A stretch of 64,000 bases of DNA from Deltaproteobacteria bacterium (GTDB taxonomy: Bacteria > Myxococcota_A > Polyangia > Fen-1088). The notes beneath the pieces are model-generated. The model was not told where the DNA came from and ran no database searches. It saw only the letters and a list, made by a program, of their open reading frames with translations. The position numbers and the translations under genes were made by a program. Of this stretch, positions 38,230 to 46,171 are shown piece by piece. Position 1 is the first letter of the stretch. Each line of letters begins with the position of its first letter. The stretch lies in contig JANRKS010000040.1 of assembly GCA_033763315.1 (NCBI GenBank), positions 192,001-256,000 on the forward strand, written 5' to 3'.

Positions 38230-39204
38230 ATGCATGTGCTCTTCTTGGGCAATTCGCAGCTGGTCAACCGACGCCTCTTGCCAAGCTTAGCGTCGCTGCC
38301 GCAGATCACGCGCGTGAGCGTGGCACGCTTTGGCGAAAAGCCGTGGCCCACGACGCCGCCGCCCGTGCCGTGCCATCGATATGATGGCTTCGAGGAGGCC
38401 GAACGGCACTGCCAGCCCGACATCGTTTATGTTTCGACTGTCAACAGCGCGCACCACGAATGCGCCGCCCGATGGCTGGAGCGCGGCTGCCACGTGATCG
38501 TGGATAAGCCGGCCACGCTGCGCCCGCAAGACACGCAATCCTTGGTGGCCCTGGCCACCCGGCACAACGTGCTGCTGGCAGAGGCCACTGTTTACACGTA
38601 CCACCCGCAAATCGCCTTGCTGCGGTCGCTTTTTGCACCTGGAGGGCCACGGCAAGCGACGGTGCAATTTGCCTTTCCCCCCCTGGATCCGGGCAACTTT
38701 CGTTACCGTGCAGACCTGGGGGGCGGAGCCGTTCTCGACACCGCCGCTTATGCTGCCTCCGTTGGTCGCGTGTTCTTTGGCAGCCTGCCATCCACCGTGG
38801 CGGCGGTTTGCGGGGAACGTACACCCGAAGGCCTTTGCGTCGCATACAGCACGCTAATGCAATACCCGGGTGGGAAAACGATGATCGGTCACTTCGGGTT
38901 TCGCTCCGAGTACATCAACAGGTTGCACCTCGCAGGCGAAAGCATGAGCGCACAGATCGACCGCGTGTTCACCACACCCGAAGATCTTGGCAACCCGATA
39001 CACGTGCAAAAGCAAAACCTGCGCTCGACGGTCCACGCTGAGCCGGCCAACGCCTTTGCCTGCTTTTTCCGCGCGGTGTTCCGCGCGTTGGAGCAACGCA
39101 GATTTGAAGCGTTCGCTCACGATATGCTTTTCGATGCCACCGTGACCGAGCAGCTGCAGCGGCAGCTTGCCCCAGCCGAAAGAGACGCGACGACATGCCG
39201 ATAA
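38230..39204 (+). CDS. Gfo/Idh/MocA oxidoreductase, probable NDP-hexose ketoreductase
   Basis: VYVST.N..H, HVIVDKP, YHPQ, RY..DLGGGA.LD; follows the 2,3-dehydratase. Confidence 0.8.
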   Translation: MHVLFLGNSQLVNRRLLPSLASLPQITRVSVARFGEKPWPTTPPPVPCHRYDGFEEAERHCQPDIVYVSTVNSAHHECAARWLERGCHVIVDKPATLRPQDTQSLVALATRHNVLLAEATVYTYHPQIALLRSLFAPGGPRQATVQFAFPPLDPGNFRYRADLGGGAVLDTAAYAASVGRVFFGSLPSTVAAVCGERTPEGLCVAYSTLMQYPGGKTMIGHFGFRSEYINRLHLAGESMSAQIDRVFTTPEDLGNPIHVQKQNLRSTVHAEPANAFACFFRAVFRALEQRRFEAFAHDMLFDATVTEQLQRQLAPAERDATTCR

Positions 39205-40301
39205 AGGTTTGGGAATACCTGCAAGAATACGCCACAGAGAAGGACGAAGTCCGCCAAGCCATCAATGAAGTGCTCGACTCCGGCTGGCTGATCCTGGGCG
39301 ACAAGGTGGCCGCGTTCGAGCAGGCATACGCCGCTTACTGCGGCACGACCTTTGGCGTGGGCGTGGACAATGGCACGAACGCCCTATTTTTGGCGCTAAA
39401 GGCTCTAAACGTGGGCGCGGGCGATGAGGTCATCACAGTCGCAAACACGGCGGTGCCTACCGTAAGCGCGATCGTTTCCACCGGGGCCACGCCCGTGTTC
39501 GTAGATGTGGAGCAGGCCACAGCCCTTATGGACGTGGGGCAACTTGAAAGCAAGGTCACGTCGCGCACCAAAGTCTTGTTACCCGTGCACTTATACGGCC
39601 AATGCGTAGACATGGACGCGGTCAACGCCGTAGCAAACCGTCATGCCCTGGCCGTGCTGGAAGATTGCGCCCAAAGCCACGGCGCCGAGTACAAAGGCCG
39701 CAAGGCCGGCAGCTTAGGCACCATCTCGGCCACTTCATTTTACCCCACCAAGATCTTGGGGACGTTCGGCGACGGCGGGATGGTGAACACCTCGTCGGAG
39801 GCCCTCGCGCAAAAGCTAAAACGCTTGCGGTTCTACGGCATGGAGAAGTCGTACTACGCCATCGAGCACGGCTATAACTCGAGGCTAGACGAGCTTCACG
39901 CGAACATCCTGCTGAAGAAGCTGGCGCATCTGCCCACCTACCTTGCGCGGCGGCGCGCGCTCGCAGCCAACTACGATCGGCTGTTGTCCGGATCTGGCTT
40001 GGGGCTACCCAGCGTGCGGACCGACGCCAATCACGCGTACTACCTTTATGTGGTCCGCCACCCGGCACGCGATCGTATTCTGGCGGAGTTGAAGCAACGC
40101 GAGATTCTGCTGAACGTGAGTTACCCGTGGCCGATTCATACAATGACCGGCTATGCACATCTTGGATACAAAGAGGGCGACTTGCCTGTGACCGAGGCCC
40201 TGGCAACCCAGATCTTCTCGCTGCCCATGTACCCATCGTTGACCGATGAACAGCAACGACTTGTTGTGGATGCCTTGCATGCCGTTCTTAAGGGGCTGTA
40301 A
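39195..40301 (+). CDS. DegT/DnrJ/EryC1/StrS PLP aminotransferase, EvaB/DnmJ-like
   Basis: VWEYL.EY start, EDCAQSHGA, SFYPTK.LG.FGDGG, GYNSRLDE, YPWPIHTMTG..HLGY..G.LPVTE. Confidence 0.92.
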   Translation: MPIKVWEYLQEYATEKDEVRQAINEVLDSGWLILGDKVAAFEQAYAAYCGTTFGVGVDNGTNALFLALKALNVGAGDEVITVANTAVPTVSAIVSTGATPVFVDVEQATALMDVGQLESKVTSRTKVLLPVHLYGQCVDMDAVNAVANRHALAVLEDCAQSHGAEYKGRKAGSLGTISATSFYPTKILGTFGDGGMVNTSSEALAQKLKRLRFYGMEKSYYAIEHGYNSRLDELHANILLKKLAHLPTYLARRRALAANYDRLLSGSGLGLPSVRTDANHAYYLYVVRHPARDRILAELKQREILLNVSYPWPIHTMTGYAHLGYKEGDLPVTEALATQIFSLPMYPSLTDEQQRLVVDALHAVLKGL

Positions 40302-40304
40302 CCA

Positions 40305-41567
40305 ATGGCAACTGAATCATTGACCTCGTTGTTGGACCGCGTGAACCGCGATCCCCGCGACTTGCACGCGTACCAAGGCCTGGTGCAGCTGTTCACCGCA
40401 CGCGGACACCTTGAGCAGGCGCGCGCTTTAGAGGAAGCGCTTCACAGGCACGCGTCTGCGTTTGAGGCGCGCGCTCCGATCGCAACCGATTCCGCCCACG
40501 CCCCACGTGATCGAGAGGCTGTCCTCGCCTTCTTACGCGAAGCCGATCCCAAGTCACAAATTGACCTCATCGCCGCCGTGGCGGGTGAGTATCTGGATCT
40601 GAATCTGGAAGACTCCGAGGTGCAGGCCGCCTTGGTCAGGTGCGAGTCTGCTCACTTCGCGGCTTTGCTGCCACGATGCACAGCGCTTCACACGCGCTTT
40701 CGTCAGCGCAGCTACCGTTTGACGTGCCTTGTTTCCACTTACGCTTCCGCCGCGTTCATTGAGGAATGCCTGGACGATCTTGTGGCACAAACCATCTTCG
40801 CGGACACCGAGGTTCTGATCATCGACGCGTGCTCACCGCAGAACGAAGCTGAGCTGGCGCGTCCCTATCTGAACAAATACGACAATATCCGATACTTCAT
40901 CACGCCCGAACGCATCGGGATCTATCCGGCGTGGACGATGGGATCAATGTTCGCGTCGGCCCCCTATGTCACCCCCTTTAGCACAAACGATCGGCTCGTG
41001 CCCCACGCCTATGAGACACTGGTCGATGCACTCGACAACCACCCTGCGGCGACGTTGGTTTATGGCGACAGCTACCTCACGGATAAGCCTCACCAGAAGA
41101 TCGGCGCCGGCCCGCCCAGTGGCTTTTACCGGTGGCCTGACATCGACTATGGATGGCTTATGTTGAACTGCGGCGTCGGACCGCAACCGATGTGGCGCAA
41201 GGCCGCCCACGAGCACGTGGGCTACTTTGATCGCAGATACAAGGCCACGGGCGATCAGGACTTCTTTTTGCGCCACGCCCGCCGCAATGGGCTGCTGCAC
41301 GTACCTGAAATCACTGGCATGGCGTGGATCACGGATGATTCGCTCTCGGGCCACCCAAGCGCGCTTTCAGAGGCTTTAGACATTCATGTCAAACACTTCA
41401 AAAGTGTATGCATGCGTGTGCCCTTGGCCGCGCGCACTGAGGCCTGGCAGATCTTGCGACGCCGGTACGTGGAATACGTGACCAAGTTGCCGCAACAGGG
41501 CTGCGCCAAAGAAGCGCAAGAGTTGCAACGTCGGCACGGCAGCTTCTTTAGCCAAGTGCCCGAGTAG
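40305..41567 (+). CDS. GT2 glycosyltransferase with N-terminal TPR-like helix pair
   Basis: DP.D..AY..L; LVSTY...FIEECL, IIDACS, STNDR, VGYFD....GDQDFFLR. Confidence 0.8.
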   Translation: MATESLTSLLDRVNRDPRDLHAYQGLVQLFTARGHLEQARALEEALHRHASAFEARAPIATDSAHAPRDREAVLAFLREADPKSQIDLIAAVAGEYLDLNLEDSEVQAALVRCESAHFAALLPRCTALHTRFRQRSYRLTCLVSTYASAAFIEECLDDLVAQTIFADTEVLIIDACSPQNEAELARPYLNKYDNIRYFITPERIGIYPAWTMGSMFASAPYVTPFSTNDRLVPHAYETLVDALDNHPAATLVYGDSYLTDKPHQKIGAGPPSGFYRWPDIDYGWLMLNCGVGPQPMWRKAAHEHVGYFDRRYKATGDQDFFLRHARRNGLLHVPEITGMAWITDDSLSGHPSALSEALDIHVKHFKSVCMRVPLAARTEAWQILRRRYVEYVTKLPQQGCAKEAQELQRRHGSFFSQVPE

Positions 41568-41591
41568 GAAGGCCGCTGCCGACCACGCGGA

Positions 41592-42839
41592 TCACATCGC
41601 CGGCAGATTGAACTTGTCTGACCACGGTTTGAACATCTGAGGCACGTTCTGTCGCGGCACCTCGAACATCACCTGCAAGGCCACGCGACATCCTTTGCGC
41701 ACAAGGCCTCCACGGTGAATGAGACGCGATCCATCGAACACAATGCATTGGCCCGCGGGTGCCACCAAAGCCACTTCGTTGCGCTTGATCTCGTTTGCCA
41801 GCGGCGTCCCGGCAACAACGTCGAAGCCAAAATGCGAATTGAGCCGCCAAGCGGCCGGCAGAAGCCCAAAAAACTTGCGCGCCACCTGCGAAGTGAACAC
41901 GCCGCGCGCGGGATCGAGGTCGGTCATGGTGCTGCGGATCTCGGGCGCCGCGAGTGTTGTCAACGTGGCCCGCGACACCGTCCAGGCGAAGCGAGGTCGC
42001 TCCATCGCGTACGAAACCGGCACATACGAAAACGGCCCCAGATCCTCTGTGACGTCCCCTAAGTAGATGATGGCCTTATAAACGTCGCGGCTTTCGTCGT
42101 TGTGGTAATACGTCGCGGGACCGGGCTCGGTGAGGCCAACGTCCTTATAACGTGAGTGCCACCAAGGGTTGTCGTCGGGCGAGATCTCCACGGCGAAGCC
42201 CCAGGCCGCGGCAGGCTCGTGGCGTACGTTCGACACCGCGCGGTCAAGCCCACGCCGCGCAAAAAGCTCTTTGACGTAGTTCATCGAGCGCGGATCCAAC
42301 TGGTTCGTCGAAAGCGCCTCGCGGCCGCGTTGGCCCTGTTTGTAGCGCCGCTGCAGTTCGTCCACGTAGGGCTGCACCTGTACCTGCAGACCCGCGAGTT
42401 CATCGGTTGTGAGGGTGCAATGAATGAACCCGTTGACCGCCAGGCTATTCCGCAGCCCCATCTCGTGCGCGTCGTTGATCACGGGCACGTAACTGTTGCG
42501 CCGATCAAAGTACGCAAGATCATCGAACACAACCCTCAGAAGCTCGTGGTGAAACCGCTTCGCAAACGGCGAAAAATCGTTGTTCACAACTTGGTTCGCA
42601 GACACCAGCAGGTCAGTCACGAGGCCCAGGCCTTGGTTCACTTCACCGATCGCGTCCGTCAAGGACGTCTTCTTCAGCGTCAGATCGGATTCGGCACGCA
42701 ACAGCAGCTGGTTCATCACCTCGCTGGCCTGCGCCACGCGCGCATCGAACGTGGCGTTCCACTTGATGTGCGGCTTGAACGCCGGATGTTGCGCGTAATC
42801 GGGTTGAAACGGAAGGCTTGCGGCCTGCGGCTGATCCAT
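41592..42839 (-). CDS. 2OG-Fe(II)/phytanoyl-CoA dioxygenase-like protein
   Basis: HxD (YYHNDE), KAIIYL.DV....GPFSYVP, AG..IVFDG..L.HRGG; start at ATG 42839, downstream of a sigma54 motif. Confidence 0.7.
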   Translation of the reverse strand: MDQPQAASLPFQPDYAQHPAFKPHIKWNATFDARVAQASEVMNQLLLRAESDLTLKKTSLTDAIGEVNQGLGLVTDLLVSANQVVNNDFSPFAKRFHHELLRVVFDDLAYFDRRNSYVPVINDAHEMGLRNSLAVNGFIHCTLTTDELAGLQVQVQPYVDELQRRYKQGQRGREALSTNQLDPRSMNYVKELFARRGLDRAVSNVRHEPAAAWGFAVEISPDDNPWWHSRYKDVGLTEPGPATYYHNDESRDVYKAIIYLGDVTEDLGPFSYVPVSYAMERPRFAWTVSRATLTTLAAPEIRSTMTDLDPARGVFTSQVARKFFGLLPAAWRLNSHFGFDVVAGTPLANEIKRNEVALVAPAGQCIVFDGSRLIHRGGLVRKGCRVALQVMFEVPRQNVPQMFKPWSDKFNLPAM

Positions 42840-42857
42840 GGTGTGGGCCGGCTCTTC

Positions 42858-42873
42858 AGCAAAAGGGGTGCCA
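42858..42873 (-). promoter_or_regulatory. sigma54 -24/-12 promoter for the dioxygenase gene
   Basis: Minus strand reads TGGCACCCCTTTTGCT (GG-N10-GC). Confidence 0.82.
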
Positions 42874-42902
42874 CCCTGGCACGGGCCCAAGAAGCGTGCG
42901 GC

Positions 42903-42918
42903 CGTCACAGCCTTGACG
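42903..42918. promoter_or_regulatory. Putative enhancer-binding-protein site
   Basis: CGTCAcagcctTGACG, with perfect half-sites. Confidence 0.65.
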
Positions 42919-43008
42919 CACGCAGGCGGTTTGCCTCACCCGCGCCTCGCGTTTCGCCCGCTAGGGTCTCTGAAGAGGCCTGGGAGGAGCGGCCAGAGCG
43001 CCCACCGG

Positions 43009-43024
43009 CGACATAAATCTGACG
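43009..43024. promoter_or_regulatory. Putative enhancer-binding-protein site
   Basis: CGaCAtaaatcTGACG: one mismatch, TAAAT spacer. Confidence 0.55.
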
Positions 43025-43042
43025 AACCCTGCTTAACGCGCG

Positions 43043-43058
43043 CGGCATTGGATTTGCT
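43043..43058 (+). promoter_or_regulatory. sigma54 -24/-12 promoter for the FkbM/GT operon
   Basis: CGGCATTGGATTTGCT (GG-N10-GC), upstream of ATG 43073. Confidence 0.65.
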
Positions 43059-43072
43059 GGATGAAGGCAACC

Positions 43073-43999
43073 ATGTCGCTCGAAGCGTTGGCAAACATCT
43101 TGGGAGGAGAAACGTTGCAGCTTGCCGACGTGGGGGCTTCCTATTTCCTCCCCGACACTTGGGCGTACCTGCTGCCGTTGCCCACGAGCCGATTTGTGTT
43201 GTTTGATCCCGTGGGCACGAACTTGGCTTACGCCTCGAAGCTGCCGCCTGAAAAGGTTCGAGTGGTGCCCACCGCGCTCTCGAAGGATGGCGGCGCCGCC
43301 GAGTTCTTCTTGGCGCACGTCGACTCCGGCAGCTCGTTGTTTCCACCTCACCCTTGGCCAAGCCGCCCCCCGCTGAACCACGATTACTTCTTTCCCTTGA
43401 AGGTGATCGACATCGAAACAAAGACGATGGGCGCGTGCTTGGATGAGCATGGCATCGAAGCCGTTGATGCCATCAAGCTTGACACGCAGGGGTCGGAGCT
43501 GGACATCGTCAAAGGTCTTGATCCCGCGCGGCTTGCGCGCGTGCTGTTGGTTGAGATGGAGGTGAGCATGGACTCTCACCCCACGCAATTGGGCTCCGTG
43601 AAACTACCCGAAGTGATCGCGTTCTTCGAGAGCCATGGCTTTCGCTACATCAACACACGCATCGCCCGACGGTCCCTGAAGGCGACGGGCTGCGAGGACA
43701 ACGGCGCCACCATCGCCGCTCAGCATGAGGCGGACGTGTTGTTTGTCAAAGACATCATGAACATGGAGCACCCAGACACAGCGTCGTTCCTCAAGACGCT
43801 GCGCCGCCTTTTAACCCTTCTGTGCGCGTACTACATGCATGGCGATGCGAAGGAGACGTTGCAGGTCGCAGCGTCGTTCCTGCCCGCCGCACGCCCCACC
43901 CTGGCGGCTTTCGAGAGTTGGATCAACCAAGTGGCGGACGTGCAAGCCGCTCACCTCAAGGCTGGTGGCCAATCTTTGTGGCACCGCGATCACACCTAA
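43073..43999 (+). CDS. FkbM family methyltransferase
   Basis: LADVGA, IKLDTQGSELDI..G, VEMEV, GFRY; start at 43073 or 43061. Confidence 0.85.
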   Translation: MSLEALANILGGETLQLADVGASYFLPDTWAYLLPLPTSRFVLFDPVGTNLAYASKLPPEKVRVVPTALSKDGGAAEFFLAHVDSGSSLFPPHPWPSRPPLNHDYFFPLKVIDIETKTMGACLDEHGIEAVDAIKLDTQGSELDIVKGLDPARLARVLLVEMEVSMDSHPTQLGSVKLPEVIAFFESHGFRYINTRIARRSLKATGCEDNGATIAAQHEADVLFVKDIMNMEHPDTASFLKTLRRLLTLLCAYYMHGDAKETLQVAASFLPAARPTLAAFESWINQVADVQAAHLKAGGQSLWHRDHT

Positions 44000-44005
44000 G
44001 GAACC

Positions 44006-46171
44006 ATGAACCAGCCCACATCGCAACCCACATTGCCCCGCGTCTTCGAGTCGCAACCGCCCGCCACCCAAGCCGCCATCATGGTGGCTCAAGCGCGATC
44101 GCTATTGGCATTTGGTGAACCGGGAGCCGCGGCTCGTCTGTTGTCAGGCTCGATGCATTTGGCGCCGCATTCTGTGGATTTGCTGCAAACGTTGGCCGAT
44201 TGCTTTTTGGCGCAAAGCGATCTTGCTTCCGTGAAAGACACCATGGAGTACGCGCGGCGCTTGCATCCCGACGATGTAGACATCGCCGCGCGCATCGCGC
44301 TGTCGGCTCTCGCAGGCTTGCCGGCGAATGAGCCAGCGGTTCAAGCGCCGCCGATTCAGGCTCAAGCGCACAAACCCACCTGCGTTTTCATCAACACCTA
44401 CTACCCCGCCTTTCTCGCGTCCTTCCGCGCACGTCAGCCAGGCTTGGCAAATGCGCCTTACGAAAAGCAGAAGGCAGACCTGCTTGGCACCTGCTTTGGT
44501 GACAGTGACTTCTATTCTTCGGGCCTGCGCAAAGCGGGCTGGATCGCAGACGAATTGGTGGTGAACGATGTGGACTTGGCCCAAGCATGGAGCCAAGCTC
44601 ATGGCTTCTCATTTACGCAACCGTTAGACGTCGCGGTGGAGCAGATCCGTCGCCTGCGTCCTGATGTTGTGTACCTGCAAGACCTGGGCATCGCCGACAC
44701 GGCTTTTGTGAGCCGCATTCGTCCCTACACGCAACTGATCGTGGGGCAGATTGCGTCGCCCATGCCACCGCAAACGGACTTGCGTGGCTTTGATCTAATC
44801 ATCACGTCTTTCCCCCACTTTGCAGATCGCTTGCGGCAAGCGGGCGTCACCGCGTATTACCAGCCGCTGGCCTTCTCACGTAAGGTCCTCGATCGTGCAA
44901 AGCCAGGCGCGCGGACGCGGCCGTTGACCTTCGTGGGAGGACTGTCGCCACAGCATCCGGCAGGCACCGAGCTGCTTAACAGGTTGGCGCAATCCACCAA
45001 CATTGAAATCTGGGGTTACGGCGCGGCGGCACTGCCACCCGACTCGGCCATTCGCGCCCGCCACCGCGGCGAAGCGTGGGGGGAGGATATGTTCCGCCTG
45101 CTGGCCGAATCACAAATCACCGTGAACCGGCATATCGCGGTGGCTGAGAACCACGCCAATAACATGCGCTTGTTTGAAGCCACGGGCTGCGGGGCTCTGC
45201 TGATCACTGATTACAAGGACAACCTGCAGGACCTGTTTGACATCGGAAAAGAAGTGGTGGCCTACCGCTCGCCACAAGAATGCGAGGCTTTGATTCAGTA
45301 TTACCAAGCGCACCCCGCGGAGGCGGAACAGATCGCAAAAGCCGGCCAAGCGCGCACCTGGCGAGACCACAGCTACGACGCGCGTCTGCAGGACACAGCG
45401 GCGATTCTGGAGCGTCACCTTCGCCACAAGCGTGAGGTGGATGCGTTTGCGGCCGTGGATCTCGGTGCCGTATCCACCGCCTATAGGGCCATGGACGCGG
45501 CCCACGTGACGCCAGCACTGATAGACGCGTGGAAAAACGAACAATTGCCACAACGACAGCGAGCCCTGGTGCACCGCGAGCTTGGCGAAATGTATAAAGG
45601 GCGGGATGTTGTGCCCTTCAAGGTTCTGGCCGACGCCCTCAATCCCGAGCTCGGTCGCATGCCTGCCGGCACCAAATCCCTATTAGAGATTGGTTGCGCC
45701 AGTGGGTACTACTTTGAAGTGCTGCGCTTTTTGTGCAAACAACCCATCGCCTATACAGGCGTCGACTATTCGCCGGCGATGATAGCGATGGCGAAGGACT
45801 ATTACCCGCAGGCGACGTTCAGTGTGGAAGATGGCGCCAAGCTGCCGTTTGCAGACCGCAGTTTTGACGTGGTTGTGTCGTCCTGCGTTTTGCTCCACGT
45901 GCCAAACTATCGTGAGCACATCCAAGAGACGGCGCGTGTGGCGCGCGACCTCGTGGTGGTGCACCGAACGCCGGTGTCGCGACGCCAACCGACCAAGCAC
46001 CTGCACAAGCAGGGCTATGGGGTGGATATGGTGGAGCTGCAGTTCAACGAGACTGAGCTAAACCAACTGTGGAACGCCGCGGGATTTACGCTGGTTTCAG
46101 GCATTCAGTACCACGCCGATGAAGCGGCTGACGAGTATGGCGTGACTTACGTCTACAAAAAGGTGGCGTGA
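44006..46171 (+). CDS. TPR-like + CgeB/GT-B glycosyltransferase + class I SAM methyltransferase fusion
   Basis: Helical N-terminus; NRHI...ANNMRLFEATGCGALLITD; LLEIGCASGYY, GVDYS, LPF.D.SFDVV. Confidence 0.85.
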   Translation: MNQPTSQPTLPRVFESQPPATQAAIMVAQARSLLAFGEPGAAARLLSGSMHLAPHSVDLLQTLADCFLAQSDLASVKDTMEYARRLHPDDVDIAARIALSALAGLPANEPAVQAPPIQAQAHKPTCVFINTYYPAFLASFRARQPGLANAPYEKQKADLLGTCFGDSDFYSSGLRKAGWIADELVVNDVDLAQAWSQAHGFSFTQPLDVAVEQIRRLRPDVVYLQDLGIADTAFVSRIRPYTQLIVGQIASPMPPQTDLRGFDLIITSFPHFADRLRQAGVTAYYQPLAFSRKVLDRAKPGARTRPLTFVGGLSPQHPAGTELLNRLAQSTNIEIWGYGAAALPPDSAIRARHRGEAWGEDMFRLLAESQITVNRHIAVAENHANNMRLFEATGCGALLITDYKDNLQDLFDIGKEVVAYRSPQECEALIQYYQAHPAEAEQIAKAGQARTWRDHSYDARLQDTAAILERHLRHKREVDAFAAVDLGAVSTAYRAMDAAHVTPALIDAWKNEQLPQRQRALVHRELGEMYKGRDVVPFKVLADALNPELGRMPAGTKSLLEIGCASGYYFEVLRFLCKQPIAYTGVDYSPAMIAMAKDYYPQATFSVEDGAKLPFADRSFDVVVSSCVLLHVPNYREHIQETARVARDLVVVHRTPVSRRQPTKHLHKQGYGVDMVELQFNETELNQLWNAAGFTLVSGIQYHADEAADEYGVTYVYKKVA

